Assembly (NCBI GenBank): GCA_002633005.1
Contig: NMRA01000223.1
Location: 342,237 to 406,236, forward strand
Direction: 5' to 3'
Length of the DNA stretch: 64,000 nucleotides
Origin: Phoronis australis
Taxonomy: Eukaryota; Animalia; Phoronida
Each line of letters opens with the position of its first letter. The first letter of the stretch is position 1. The position numbers were made by a program, and so were the translations under genes. Shown here in pieces: positions 14,201-29,600 of this stretch. A model generated the notes under the pieces. It made no database searches. It was not told the origin of the DNA and saw only the letters and a program-made list of their open reading frames with translations.

Positions 14201-17200
14201 ACTGCCCCACGGCGGAGGATATATTGTCTATGGAGCCAGCGCCGGCGTGCCCCTCGTGTATGGGTGAGACGCTGTGTCCCTGCAGCAGCTTCTCTACTCG
14301 CTGATGCAAGTCCTGAAGGTTGATGTCGCTGGCACCGCCACCGTACTGAGTCTGGCTGTAGATGTCGGTGAAGCTGAGTGAGTTGAGCGATCCCTTGCTA
14401 CTACTGGCAGAGAGTGAGCCGAGAGAGCCAAGGCTGGATCCGCTGGACATGGACAGCGTGCTCAAGGACAGACTGCAAGGATAGACAGGAATCTCAGCAA
14501 TGGAACATATGGAAAGCTGAACTACGTACAAGAACAGACTAGGGGCCAGCATATAATCTTACTACTCGAGATGGAAATTATTTTTGACATTTTCCGTTAA
14601 ACTTTTGAGCGAAATCAAAATAAGTGATTACCATTCTGTGCTCGAACACATTACTATTTATGCAAATGAGTTACTAGTCCAAGTTCGCATTTGATGACTC
14701 CTTGATTCGAGTGAAACTCAAGATTTTGAGTAAAAACTCTAAATTTGGAGTTCAAACAAAAGTAGATTAGAAAATGCAAAAATAATTTCAAGTTTGATTT
14801 CGAGTAACAAGACTAGAGCCTGACCCTGATCTAATCAGAGGCACCTGATGTTCTGTTAAGAGGAGAGANGTGGCTACACTCGCCCAGGAGGTTCAAGTCC
14901 GAAAGACGCGCTTGTAGATTTTGATCAATGCTAGAGCTGCTGCTGCTCTTTATCAACTGTCTTTTGTTGGTGAGGTTCATGTGCTGTTCATAACTGGGAG
15001 GCGGCCCCACATCGTACGGGGAAATGGGCGGGGACAGTGATGAAAACGACGAACCTGGCGACAGAGCCTGTAGAAGATTCTCCGTGTGTAACCTCGAGTC
15101 ATACGCCCCATACTGCCCCACAGCGGAGGATATATTGTCTATGGAGCCAGCGCCGGCGTGCCCCTCGTGTATGGGTGAGACGCTGTGTCCCTGCAGCAGC
15201 TTCTCTACTCGCTGATGCAAGTCCTGAAGGTTGATGTCGCTGGCACCGCCACCGTACTGAGTCTGGCTGTAGATATCGGTGAAGCTGAGTGAGTTGAGCG
15301 ATCCCTTGCTACTACTGGCAGAGAGTGAGCCGAGAGAGCCAAGGCTGGATCCACTGGACATGGACAGCGTGCTCAAGGACAGACTGCAAGGATAGACAGG
15401 AATCTCAGCAACGGAACATATGGAAAGCTGAACTACGTACAAGAACAGACTAGGGGCCAGCATCTAATCTTACTACTCGAGATGGAAATTATTTCAGACA
15501 TTTTCCATTAAGTTTTTGAGCGAAATCAAAATAAGTGATTACCATTCTGTGCTCGAACACATTACTATTTATGCAAATGAGTTACTAGTCCAAGTTCGCA
15601 TTTGATGACTCCTTGATTCGAGTTAAATCCTCAAGTGAAACTCGAGATTTCGAGTAAAAAATCTAAATTAAGAGTTCACACAATTATAGATTACAAAATG
15701 CAAAACTAATTTCAAGTTTGATTTCGAGTAACAAGATTAGAGCCTGACCCTGATCTAATCAGAGGCACCTGATGTTCTGTTAAGGTGGGAGACGATAAAA
15801 AGAATTCTTTTTAGTTGTAAACACGAAATTCTTTGCGACAAAAAAGAGAAAAAATGGAATTTTTACTTACAGACCTACCCACCACAGAGCAGTGACAGTA
15901 GAGTAAGGGGGAGACAAACAATATTTGAAGGACTCCCTTTTTACAGTGAACTAATACCTTCATAAGTCAATATGACTGATAAACAAATTTTGTGTCAGCA
16001 TTTGAAAATAACACAGTTATCAAAGGAGCCATAATTCTTCACGGGCAATGCGCAGGAATCTCAACTGGAGCAAATGTGCAACTAATGACCAAAGCCTTTT
16101 AAAACATTTATGTCTAACGAGCAGCTGACTTGCTGCAGTACTTAATTGCAAAATGCGACACAACCTCATCAAGCACCACTGAAATTCAGCAGTAAGACCG
16201 CTAATTATTTCCTGATTTACAGCACATTATATCTCCTTTAATTTAGAGCACAACATGGTGGAAAAGTTTAATTTTATGCTGTTTAATTCCTTGACAAAAA
16301 TAAACTATTGAAAATTATTTACTGCTGCATTCTTAGCATGGTTTTATACTATACAGAAGTCAGTTAACAACACATGGTGATTTGTAGCCAGATAGCAAGA
16401 AAACTGCAAAATGACAACTTTTATTTTTGTGTGAAATTGAAGAAACTTTACAATAGTCTCGTTCCGACTTCTTTCCATTTTTGACATAACTTTAATACAA
16501 GATTTTGATACTGCTATCAGTGGCAATCATTCTAAGAAATCAGACAAAGCAGAATGTTCACTTGACAATACCTTCTCAACTGAGACTCCAGCAGGGACGT
16601 TCTTCGTGTTGCTTGGGCAAGGCTTTGCACAAGACTGCACTTGTCATCTTGTAGTTTCAGCCTAAAACAATGAATTACAGCAGAGTGCAAATGTCAAAAT
16701 ATTAACAAAAATATATATGTCCTGAATTAACACGAAATATTCCCAATGTTGCAAAACCAGCAAACTTATTTTGTCATTAAATTGATCCTGTTCAGTTTGT
16801 TGAGAAACTATGATGGCTCTGGTCTTATTTGACACTAGTCCTCAATCCCTGACCAGGAATCAGGTAATTGAAAAATGAGTGCATTCTTCAAGTTCAGGGA
16901 AAAATTTTCAACCCTAACTCTCTTGGAAGTGTGAGCTCAATCATGGCAGCATGTATATTAGTATAGCCATGGTATTGATTCCAAGATGTTGTCACATGTG
17001 TTCATTTAACATATACAAACGTGTAGACTTCACCTGCAAGTAAACCCCGACATCCATCAACTTGCAGAAACACACTAAAGCAAATATCCAGCCAAATAAC
17101 AAACCGAATGTTAGCTGGGAAACGGAGGCCGGCTGTAGTGAGAGTTGACCCAGACCATACAGGTGGCGTACACACTCCCATGGGGACCCCCTTTCTAAAA

Positions 17201-20200
17201 AAACGTTGTTTCCTATTGGCTGACTCCATCGCATGACTCAGACCTCACTAGCTGACCAACCTGCTTCCCTTTCCCGCAAAAGACCCCCCGCATACCTACC
17301 TGTTGGCTATCTGCCTGTTGGATGTCTCCACAGCCTGACTGAGGTCACGCTCCAGCTGGTGAATCTGTCCACCTATTGTCTCCAGCTCCTTCGGGCTCCG
17401 CCCCTTCCTCCCGATGCCCCTCAGCTCCCTCAGCAGTTGCTCCTTCTCCTGAATCAGCAGCAAACGGTCTTTGTCCGAGTCGGCCTGTCCTGGCACCATC
17501 TGCTCCTCAATGCCTGTCAACTTCTGCTGCAGGGCTGCCACCTGCTGGCGGGCCTCGTCGTACTCCAGCCTCATCTTGGTCATTTCCGCTAATCGTTGAC
17601 CAATTGGCACCATCTGGTGAAAGGGAGAAGAAAAATCTGAACAAGGCCTGCGATGATTCACAATTCTTAAGAAAACTGTGCCAGATAGTGTTCGAGCATT
17701 TACTGAATAGACTGTTTTGCCGTGCAATTGAACTTCTTTCACCACTGGTTATCAAATTTAACTTCAAATCCCAACATATACTAAGATATCAGATGAACAT
17801 TTCAGCAAGGTCATTTTGTTCAGCTGAGACATGTATAAGTTTGGAAATCAGAATGTATCATGTTCCAGGACTTGTTTATCAACAAAAAAAATTCTGGAAT
17901 TTGTCTGAAGGCCAAACACATCGTTTCCAATTCCAATCATTTACATTTTTAAAAGGTGTTGCTTGCGGCTTTCCACGACTAGGCTACAAAGGGCAGTTAT
18001 CAAAGTTCCATTACTCTGACGCAGAAAGAAACAACCTCATGCAGTCAACTTTAAAGCTTCAGTTGATAAACAAAAGTAATCAATTAAGTAGAATACTGAA
18101 TAACACAACAAACATCCATGGAAACAAAAACTCCACGACAATCTTATGTTTTAGCATCAACATGTTCGTACTTACCTCCCCTGACAGGTCCGTTTGGGAT
18201 TCAGCGTTTGATTTGTCATAGATCGAGACATCGATTGACGACTCACTTTTGAACTTGCTGACCAGGAAGTCATCCTTGAGCTTGGCTAGTGACTGTAATA
18301 AATCTTTCTTCTCCTTTTCCCCTGAGGATAGCGACTGTTTGATTTTGAAAATCTCTTCCAGAATTGCCCGCGCCTCGTTCACGCTATAAATGCTCTGCTG
18401 TCCCAGCATTTTTTCACTGACCCTGTGAACGCAACAAAACAATAAAAAATTAGCGAAGTAAAGAAAACTGAAACATAGCACAATCAAAACAATGAGGTAT
18501 AACGAGAAAGAGCAAAAAATCAGAGAACACTGGTACAAAAACACCGATTTGAACAACAGCGATGTGCGCATTTTCAGCTTGCACATTGGCGATCAGCTGG
18601 CAAAACTAAAAAAGACACCAACACTATAGTCTGGCTGACTTTCTCTCAGATCATGCAATCAATATAACTTGATCACAACACAATTATGTACCCTTCATCT
18701 TTAACAAAGGTAAGTTTCACTAGTTAACATCTCAACACTGAATTTCACACTTTTGGTGGATACACCATTTCAGTTATCACAACTGGTAGTTTGATTCAAG
18801 GGAAAAGACGAAAATAAGAACACAAGTGTGTTTTAAACTATATCACTTAGAAACCAAAAATAATGCGTCCACATATAAATATGTGGGCGCATAATGACGT
18901 GAACTCTGTGAATTAAGTGGCAACAAAGAAAGTAATTCAACCACGAACCACTTTTATTTCAAAAGATATAAAGACCACAACTTACTGAGTGAGCGTTTCC
19001 AGGCCTCGTTCCTTGTATTGCATCTCGGTTCGTACCTGCTCAATTTCCCGTTTGAGACGAGATACGCGATTCTTGGCTAGCGCCACATCTGCCCGCAGCA
19101 AATCAGGGTCGTGCTTCGAGCCACAACTTGTTATTGAGTTCACTGAAAAACGACACGCAGCGTGACAGAAATGCAGAACATATTAAAGTTTTATGCGTAG
19201 CCAGATGCCCTCAGCTAAACAAATTTTGCCGTGTTGAACAAAACCATAAATGAAGGCAAGCACTATGCTAAGTTTCAGAGGTAATTGGAAGACACCCTAA
19301 AAATGAACAGCACCACCCTGGACTAAACAAGGGAAATGAGCACTGCTGCTGAATAGGTAAATAGGCAAATGATTGGAAACTGAGTGAAACCCCAATAACA
19401 TCTGTTTGGGCTGCGTTCAGACCGAGCCTGAGGCAAACACAGACCCAGATCTGTATTGAATTGAACGACACTTGTCCAAAAAGACAAAAACATAGTCTTG
19501 TAAACAGCTGTCAGACCACTGTGCATTCTCAACTTAAATACCTTGCTATATAGAACGTTCTAAAAATGGCCCTCTCATTGCAATTTGCCAGAGATTTTTT
19601 TCTTCTTTATGTTACAAGGTAACATCTCACAAATTTAGGACACAACATGGCAGACAGGTGAAATGTTATCGTCTCATTTTCCTAAATGATGCATATTGCC
19701 AAAATGAAGAATTGCCATAGAGCAAACTCTGTACCATAGCTACCAACGGACAATATTTTAAAAATTGCGAGCATTAACAATGTTTGATGGTCTTGCAAAA
19801 TAAAGAAAGTGGTATTTTGGCAATTACTTTATCCAAAATTGGAGAGAATCTACTGCAACAAGTAAGTCAAACTTAAGTAGTAAAAATTCCATAGCAGTTC
19901 AGGTATGAGGTTTTCTACAAGCACTCGACTTAAAAACAATTGCGCAAGGCCACTGTCATGAGTCCTCGATGTTAGACATACAGTGTGTATGACAGTAATT
20001 TATAAATAATTATCCGATTCACCATCAGTTAACCAAGACCTACCACCCAAGATAAGTTACTGATGGCCAATGTAAAAAAGGATCGCTGACAAAAAATTTT
20101 AACTTTCAAATTAATATCATTAACACGCTTTTCTGTAAATGGACATTTAAAAATAAAAAATTACATTGATATCTTAACTTAGAAACTGATTTTTGAAAAG

Positions 20201-23200
20201 GGTATTCAACGTTTTGTCTTAATTGTTAACAAGTCTAATACAAGTATTTGTGCAATTTGGTAAGACCACAAAATTTGAAATTGTCAATACAACTTGGGAT
20301 AGCAAGACCTGCCAGAAAAAAGACAGAGCATTCTCATTACAAATGCATTCAATACTTGCTGGTACCATACATTAACATGTTTCAAAAACTTGAATTTTTG
20401 TTTCTAAATCAATATGATTCAAGAAATATGTAACTAGTTTTCAAGTATGAAAAACAAACAATTCAAAACATGCATTTTTATTGAAAACTATCAAGAATTA
20501 CTGCAACGAGGAATTTCTTGAAAGCTCTGTAGGCCACTTAAGAACACATTCAATACCGGTAAACCAATATCAACACTAAGAGATATTGATAAATGATTGA
20601 TTACTACAAGTGTACAGTTGGAAGCTATGGCTTGAAGACACCTTAGTCTGGCATAAAAACTGCATACACAACATTTCCTAAAGCTTGCACTGTCTCCGAA
20701 AATACAGCACTGGCCGTACAAAAGACACGATTAAAATGGCAACTTCTTTAAATTCTTACAAAACAAAAGGGAGATCATTTCACTACATGGGTGTGACCAC
20801 GAAATATTGATCTTTGAGCAGTTTTATTTCCTTCCATCGACTTGCTCAACATGTACAAATACAAATACAGTTAGTTTTTATGTATCTGAGGCAATGTTAA
20901 GACACTCGAAAGAGAGGCTAAATATCTACGGCATTATTTTCATCAAAATTCAAGAAAATTTTATTCCTGTCTTTCTTCAGACATTCTGCAGACCGTTCTT
21001 GGCTAAAACGATCATTGGTAAGGTGCAAAACTGACAAATTAACCTCCAACTGAACCTTGCCAACAATGCATCTCTATGGTGATAAAAGTTCTGAGGTAAA
21101 ATCTCGCCAATTTCAAAAAATAGCTAAAACTGAGCTTTTTTATTTTTCAAACGCTTGTATTGTTTTCATGAATTTCAGTTTCTAAAAATATTGTCTTCTG
21201 ATAGCCAAGATGTAGAACATGCAAATGATAAAACACTCGTACGGTGCTATTAATCTTTCAAGACATGAAAAAAATGAAGAAAACGAATTTCACTTGTGTG
21301 CCACACTGCGGCTTAAATAGGTGATATTTTACCACAGCTCATTGCTAAATAATTTCAGCATGATGGTTCGACAGAATTCTGCTAAAGTATGTACGGTTTA
21401 TTTTGAACACAGCTGCATGTTATGTAGGACAATATCAACAAGTCTGGCTATTCAGCCCAGTATCTACATACCTATACAAATTAATTTCATAAAAGTCTAT
21501 AATTTGTGAAAGTAGAAAGTCTGAGTTTCAGACTTAGTTCAGCTTGATAACAATCTGTTCAAATGTTTCATCTGACCACGTCGTTTTAGTAAGATTTGTC
21601 TCAACTTCCAAACCTTGGAACTTCCACACCCAGTAAGATGGTCAAACTTAAGACAAGAATATAAGCTAAAAACGTAAGTCGAACTTAAGATCTCTTTCTT
21701 GAAGAGGACTTGAGACAAATTTAAGTTTTATCATAAAATTGACTGAAATTTAAGATTTATCTTAGCTAAGTTAGTTTTCTTGGAACAGTCCCGAGACCTT
21801 GGATACGGAAAAACATTTATTTGGTATTACATACCCTTTACAGAAAACTCTTCTGCCACGCTCTGTCTTGAATGGGTGAGATGTTACCATAAAATAAATG
21901 CGTTTTGAAGAAAAAAGCGTGCACCACAGCACGTGAAAGTTTCATACGAATCCGATCAGCAAGATTCGAGATACGACGTTGCAAAGTTAGTCAAATTTGG
22001 ATGTTTTTCTACGGTCCTACATAACAAAATAATCAGAGGAAATACACGCATGCTGGAACAAGGGATTTAGTAATGGTTTTACTTAAATACAATTGGTGGC
22101 TGCTACAATGTCTGGGAACTCGTAAAATAACAGCTAGATGAACAGTTCCAACACACCCTAGCTAGACACAGGAAGCTGTAAAATGTATAACATCATTCAG
22201 GTTTAAAGCACAACTTAACCAAAACCAAAACCCTTTCTTGGGTTCCTAGAACAAGTTTCACCAGCACACAGACAACCACACTGAATACTTCAGTGGGATT
22301 CCTGAAACAACATGAATGTTAAATGGCAAACACGAGAATTCTGCGCGGATTTCCCGCACACTGCTTCAAGCATTCAGCATACCACGGTGGTTAAATCTAA
22401 AAGGTGCTGCGCAATCTAACATTCCAACTGGATACACTGACTCTACTTTCCCAGTGGCAAACAAGTGCCTCATTATACACAATCCAACATGTGCAGCCTA
22501 GGCATAACCAGCTATGCATCTCAATGTATAGTTAGTAGACTATTGTAGTTGCACCTTTAGCTTTGCATGCGAAACATTTACTGTAAACAATTAATTGGCA
22601 TCGAGTTGTCTATTTTCATTGAAAAGTCATGCGACCACTGTGATAAATAAAAATCATTAGGTCGACTTTGGTCACTGAGACACTTGCCGAACATATATTT
22701 ATTTCAGAAAAAGGATTATAATGCTCTACTTCAAATCAAAGTATTCTACAAATTTTGAATTTCATTTTTTACATTATTTGCACAATAAAATTCTCAGTAG
22801 TTGTTTATTTGTACACATATGATGCACATTTAAGAAATAATTAATTGTCAGCATCACAGGGAATTTTTACAGTAAACCATGACGCCATTCCAAGAAAATT
22901 GACTTAGGTAAAATTTCTGCAAGGAATTTAAATGGTCGTGATTTCAATAAACTTAAAATGAACTTAAGATGAAGCAAGTCTTGAAACTTACAGTCTTAGT
23001 AAAGACACCTTGTAACGACGTAAAATCAACTCCAGACAAATTTTAAATTAAAGATAAAAATGAAAAGCAATTAGTTTCTTGGAATGAACCCCTGATGTCT
23101 CAGAGGTCCAATAACCAGTATTCATTCACGCTCAATGTTTTGGCTAAGATGACGCAAATGAAAGGTCATTGAGTTGATCTGTCTGTGTTGTGTACACACA

Positions 23201-24737
23201 TAAACTATGATTGTATATATAGGCACAGCTCTTGTAAAACGATATGGTTTGTAATATTGGACAGTTTAAGGTAGGATTTTTCATTGTTAAAGGGACATTG
23301 TTGGCTTCATTAAAGGTGAGGTACACATTTTGGGGATTGTTGTTGGATGGGAGACGTCTGGAAGTTATAAGCGTTGACCAGAGCTATAGAACAACAAAAT
23401 CAACAAAGCTTTTGTTGTTCTATTACATATCGTCGATTCTAACTGTCGTCTGCCAGCCATTTGCTGAAATCGAGGCCAGTGACTCTACCAGATAAATACC
23501 CTTAAAATACATTTAACGAGTGACATATAGCTCCGTCAAACAGAGCGTTAGACTGCGACCGCAGGGTTGCAGGTTGCATTCCACGTTAAGATGATCTCAG
23601 AAAGTCATTCTTGCCAATAATGTCCCTTTAATAGGAATCAACCTTTGCCTAGGAAAATACTGCGTACTTCCGAATGCAAAACGCTGAATTGAAATCTAGC
23701 TTTAGGCAGCAGCACTCGAATACCAACCAATAACCTAAGAACCTATCTAATCCTAAGCAACAAAATGGGTCTGAAATCAATACGCGATAACTGATTTAGA
23801 GAATCCGACTTACTAAGATACGAAAGGCCTAGACTCATAAAATAATCAAGATCTAGTCTAAACGTGATACCAAAAATAAAGTCTGATAGGCAGATAAAGG
23901 ATAACGAGTAATCATGAAATATCGATGACATATCTTGCACCCACAGATAGGTCAAAGTGATGGCCCATAGGTAAGCCAGGTATGTTTGAACAAGATTAAA
24001 CGAATAGCAGTTGTTAAAGTACACTCGACTTGAGCAGATAAGTGGTGAGTAGCTGGTTAATTCTATTCACATTCCAGACGAGATATGCGCAACCCTTGCT
24101 ACTGCGTTACAACAAATAGACACGCGCTATCGTTCAATTTAAACTTTAACTGATGGGCCCGTCCTCGGCGAGATAACGGCAGCCGGTCGTGGCTTAAAGA
24201 AAAGGGGCGTGTGTCGATGAACTTTGCGCACACATACCAATGTATGAGAAACATCTTGACAAAGGAGACTGGGGTTGAAATTCAACTTAATAACAAGACT
24301 GGGCCAAGGTCCAAGTCAGATAAATAAATAAAGCTGAACTACACAGATTTTCCCCTACCTGAGCGGGTAAAATAAAAATGAAATTCAAAACACCTATTGA
24401 TGATCAATTTTCGAGAAAGATTTATTAAAGGAATTGTGTCTCAAAATCCTTGTTTTTTGTCAACAAGTAGCTTAAAGAACACAACTTTGATTTTACCATC
24501 AAAATTGTTGATTTAGTCCTGACTCACTGCCCCAAAACACTGTCGCAGCAATGTAGAATTATAACCAAAAGGTGTCTTTGCATTTTAGAACGTCTCTGAA
24601 ATAAATAAACAACTTACGACTAACGGCTGATCCAGTCAGTGTGTCTCGCAGATGGGAACACTCGTCCTGCGCAAGAGCCAAACGCTGCTGCTTGATGGTA
24701 TAGATCTCTTTCTTGGCCTATAAACAAAGTTGGATGA

Positions 24738-24768
<31 letters not shown>

Positions 24769-26655
24769 CCCCAACTGGATTCGTGCATCTTTTCTAAATT
24801 AGTGTGCTTCACAACTGGAAACCAACATGTTTGTTGGGAGCAGGCCAATGGTAAAAAAATGCACTGGAAGCAGGACACGACTGACAAAATGTATTTTCCG
24901 ATGCATAAGCTTAATTGCACAAACCTGGCTAATTAGTCACTTTATTCAGTTTCGCTGAGCTATGGCCGTTTTGTCAAACCAGGTTTAAAACAATACAGAA
25001 ATTGATGACACCTAGGCCTTCAACTAGAGGGTGCCCAGGGCGTCCAAATGATTACCCTCACTCTAATTAAGACACTCTAATTAGGACGCCCCGTTCAGCA
25101 TTTGGATGCCAAAATAGAGTAAACAAATGACTATGGGTGTCTCATTTAATTTTTAATCTGCTATCAACAGCTCGTTGAGCTCATTGGCCAGTTCATAATA
25201 GAAAAGTTGGTTTACAAATGATTCGAGATACAAAACAAATTAGTGCAGAACCTCCACAGTAATACCATGAACAATTTGACTAGGGGTCATAAAAACACTG
25301 CCATGAGTAATTGATCACGGATGCACTGAGAGATTGAGAGACCCATTCTGGACCCCCATTTTTTGACCCCCCATTTTTTGACATCCTGGGTGAACTCTTG
25401 GTGACACCTTTTTTCAAAGTGGCCGCATTTTTTTAAACAGGTCGTGGGCCAATCAACCGTGCAAAGGTGGTGTCAACACATTAAAACAGATCGGCAAGAA
25501 CACTATAAGCAGCAGTTACTTGTTCACCAACACCATAATTTTTATATTGCAGTCTTCAATATCAATGAGAAATTGTGGTTGCAACACACTTCATGTCACA
25601 TGACACAACATTTGAATTAATATCAACATCTAGACACTGTAGAACTGACACAAGAGCACCTTAAGAGGAATCTGCGATAAAGTAAAACCCTGTTAAATTT
25701 GTGTATAATTCATTCAGAGTAAGAGAACCCTTGTTAGCATTGCTTGATAACTGAAAATTTCACTGTACTGTGGGTCGTTGGCCTTGAAGTATCACAACAA
25801 AGACCGATTGAAATAACAAAACACAAAACATAAAAACACAAATCTGGTAGTGAACTAGAAAAGAAAAGAAAAATGGTTGCCCCAAAATTCAGCTCATTTC
25901 TGACGAGAATCTCAACTCTGTTAAAACTACTACGTGACAAAATTTAAAGCATGCTCTCTCGTCAAAAATTAGCAGAATTTCAAAACATTCCAATGCACGA
26001 TACTTGCAACGACCAACAACTTGCAACTCACCGCCAAATCTTCGTTGGCTGTGACGAGGTATTCCTGAAGCATGTTTTCTTGATGCTGCCTGTATTGAAG
26101 CCTCGGGTCCTCCAGTTGGTTCAGCCCTGGAAACAAACACATGTCCAACACTGAGCACATTCTGACAACAGAATACACACCGAGTGCCTACGAACACTGG
26201 TTGGTTAAAACTCCTTATACTCAAATCAGGGTCCGAGAGAATTGCACTGCTTCTCAGTGATTCAAGAGACATCAGAACAAAATGAGCACCGCTATGCAAG
26301 CAGCAGCACACATGTGCTTAAAGCTTTTTTTAATTTGCGTAAACCTGGACAAAAATCGAAAGTATGCAGTCACCCAAAATTTCGAACACCTCACCACGTT
26401 AAACCACTTCCATTTCCAACTCCCGAGACTCCCAGAATTTTTCAACAGCCCATGTACTATACAGAATCACTGGTCAATATCAACAATAAGGTGATGTAAT
26501 AACTCAATACTTTACAAGAACTGATAGCAGATGTCTGAAATTTCAACCCATCCAGTAAAACAAACATTCCAGAAGATGCAAAAATGAGAACCTCTAGGAA
26601 ACAGGCAGTCCTGCATTCTTGCCTTGTCTAAGTCTGTTATTTGATCCCAGTGTGT

Positions 26656-26688
<33 letters not shown>

Positions 26689-29600
26689 CTGAGAAGCTGA
26701 GGATTACATTCTCTTAGGAGAGATTCCTTACACTCCCCTAGCGCTAACATTTTTCAAATGAATAGTCTGGTATTTACATGTGAGGGTACCATTACTCAGT
26801 TCTGAACTGGCTGTGATAACTTATGGGATTAATAGACGTGAAATGAAAGGAAATGGACAGATCATTAACACCACTCTGTCTCAAAAACAAGTTGTCTGCG
26901 TGTCAACTCTCATTTTTTATCTGCATAACATCAGCTGACAGGAATTAAGGTCTGATAGACGCCCTAGCTCTTCACAACCAATAGGCAGTCAACCAGGTCT
27001 TTTTAAATTTGTGCATTATAAAAACAGCAATAAAAATGAAGGTTGACCTAAAACGTCAGAAATAATACACCACCACTGGATTTTACCAATTTACCGCTAG
27101 TCGGGACCAAAACCTCAAAAATAAATGCTATCTAAATGTTGAAAATTTTTCAGACTGACTATTTGCGCTTTGACATTTGCCAGTTGCATAAGAACACAAC
27201 ATCGTTTCCCTCCCATTCCTGGCTAACCAGAAATCCCCCAAAGTCTTATGCAAGAACAGTGGCAGTCTTCACCTCTTTCCATACAATAACTGAATAAAAG
27301 CACCTATGACTGCACAACACTGGGAAAGCAAGTTTTCCAGTCTCAGCATCCTGAATGAGCAAATACTCAATAGCTGTTGTTACATAACTTCAGTAGGATC
27401 TCTGTCACCCCTTGAATAGAGTTTGTATTTGGACAGGCCAGTGTAAACTACAATGACCAATCTAGTGGACAATGGTCAACAATGGCTGTGGAACTCTGGT
27501 GGGGGTAGTGGAATGAAAGGAAGGCAGGGAGGCTTGAAATTACAGTCAGGGGTGTGAATAGACCATCCACAGTGGAAGCCTGACCAGTGGAGGGTATGAC
27601 AAGGTGTTGAGTTACCATTCAAATCTAGCCAAAGTAATCATGGGCACAAAGGCCTGGACAACTGAGCCAGGTCTAGCTAGGGGCATGAATACAAGTCCAC
27701 CTTTTCACCAAGCAGGTGGGGGAGGACTCCACAAGAAAGACTGGCTAGAGGGAATATTGGGAAATCAATACAAGACGGATCCAAAAAGGTGTACCTGAGA
27801 ATGAGCCCAAGAGAAATCAATACAAGACGGATCCAAAATGATGCCGTACCCTTGAATTAAAACTAAAATTGTTGTAGTCGTTTAAGGTTGGCTACTCAAT
27901 GATGGAGAACGCAGGTTGAGCAACAAAAATAGAACTGAAGACTACAACATTTCAAATAAATCAAAGGTCAGATTATTCACACTGTCAACTGGAATCCTAA
28001 GAAATAATCATTCACAATCCACAGCTGTGTACATGCTGGGGAACAAAAAAATTAAAACAAAATTTCAATCATCTATTTGAAAACAGTAGAATATTTCTTC
28101 AGCTTAAACTACATACATGATGAATTTTCTTTATTATCTTAGTAACAAGACAGCTAGTCACACTGTGATTATTTAGAACACGTCTGTGGTTTATTTCCCA
28201 AAAATTATCAGTAAGAAAAATCTGCTTTCCATGCTACATTTTAAAGTACACATGTGCCGATGCCATGAAAAACCCTTAGAAGATTTTGATTACCGGTAGT
28301 AAAAAGATAACCATTTGAAAAATGAAAGCGTGCCAAATTTGTCCATTTTAGTGAGAAATAACTTTGAGGTATTACCGCATGGTCATTCAATATATACACT
28401 CTGGTCACAGACTTTAGTCGACAAGGGTGTGAAATTTTTTAGCAAAACTTCCACGCGCCGCATTTACACGCAGACTGTGGGAAAATGTGAGAGAAACGGA
28501 TGGAACAATAATATAGAAGCACTTGGAGAATACTTGTCATTGCCCGGTCACATGTCACTGGAAGGCAAGAGATCCTACTTTGTGCTCAGGGTATTTCTAT
28601 CGGCCTCAAGTGTACACCTGTTCTTCCAACCACCAATGGTCAGTGGGTTTGAGCTATTTGGAGCCATTATGTGTAACAGATGTTTTGGCCAGATTTAATG
28701 GCCAACAGTAACAATGGCAACACTTGTAGAAACAAATGAATATGCGGATTAAATAGCTACTGCATTCAAACTGATTTGATGAACGGCTGAAACAAACCAG
28801 AGCAGTTTCTTAATACTGCATCACTGCTTTCTCATGTATCATGGTGCATTAAGACATGCTATTGCAATGCTATCTGACAAACAATGTCACAACATATTCC
28901 TAGGAACTGTCTTGCCTCAATAGGTGTTACTGACCAATTTTTACTTTGAAATGACACAATACCAGTTCTGACAGTTTTTCAGGGCATGAAATAAATATTC
29001 AGAAAACATTTTCAACGCGACACAACTAGGAGCCCGTTTAAATTACCCTAAAGTTGTACCGCGTATAAGTCGTACCAGAACGAGTCCTTGCTACTGATGT
29101 AAACCTTATTGTAATTCACATTCAAGCCAAATGCCCCCCTTCATAAATCACGTTCATTAATCGAATTGTTGCCAACAAGCAAGATTTGGCCGGCAGAAAT
29201 GGGCCAAGTTTCAAGACGTAACGAAAACTAATTCACATCAAGCCATCATGTGAACTCAACGAGAAACATAAGCAAATCCAAAACAAATTAGCCTAATTTG
29301 AATAGATATAATTCAACTGTGCCAACACCCCACTTACTGTTCACATGGTCGATGAAGTAGCGGCCAACATTGGGGTCCCACGCCTCCTCCCAACCTACGG
29401 GCAGCTCATCCCCGACACAGTCGGCAAACGTGGGAGGTTTGGTTATCCTGCAACGGAAGTAAAACATTTTGGGTGAGGTAAAGCTATAGGTAGTGAAATA
29501 AAGTTTAACCTTCCAAATGAAATGGGTAACTTTCAATCAATTCTTGTGTTAAAAAAGAAGCGTTTATCCATGAGCACCACCTAGTGGATACAAAGTATCC

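Noticed and set aside
13450-14323. + strand ORFs over exon 9
   Set aside because: Antisense to a GC-rich KIBRA exon
17376-18221. 281-aa + strand ORF and overlapping + strand ORFs
   Set aside because: Antisense shadows of KIBRA exons 6-7; no recognisable domain
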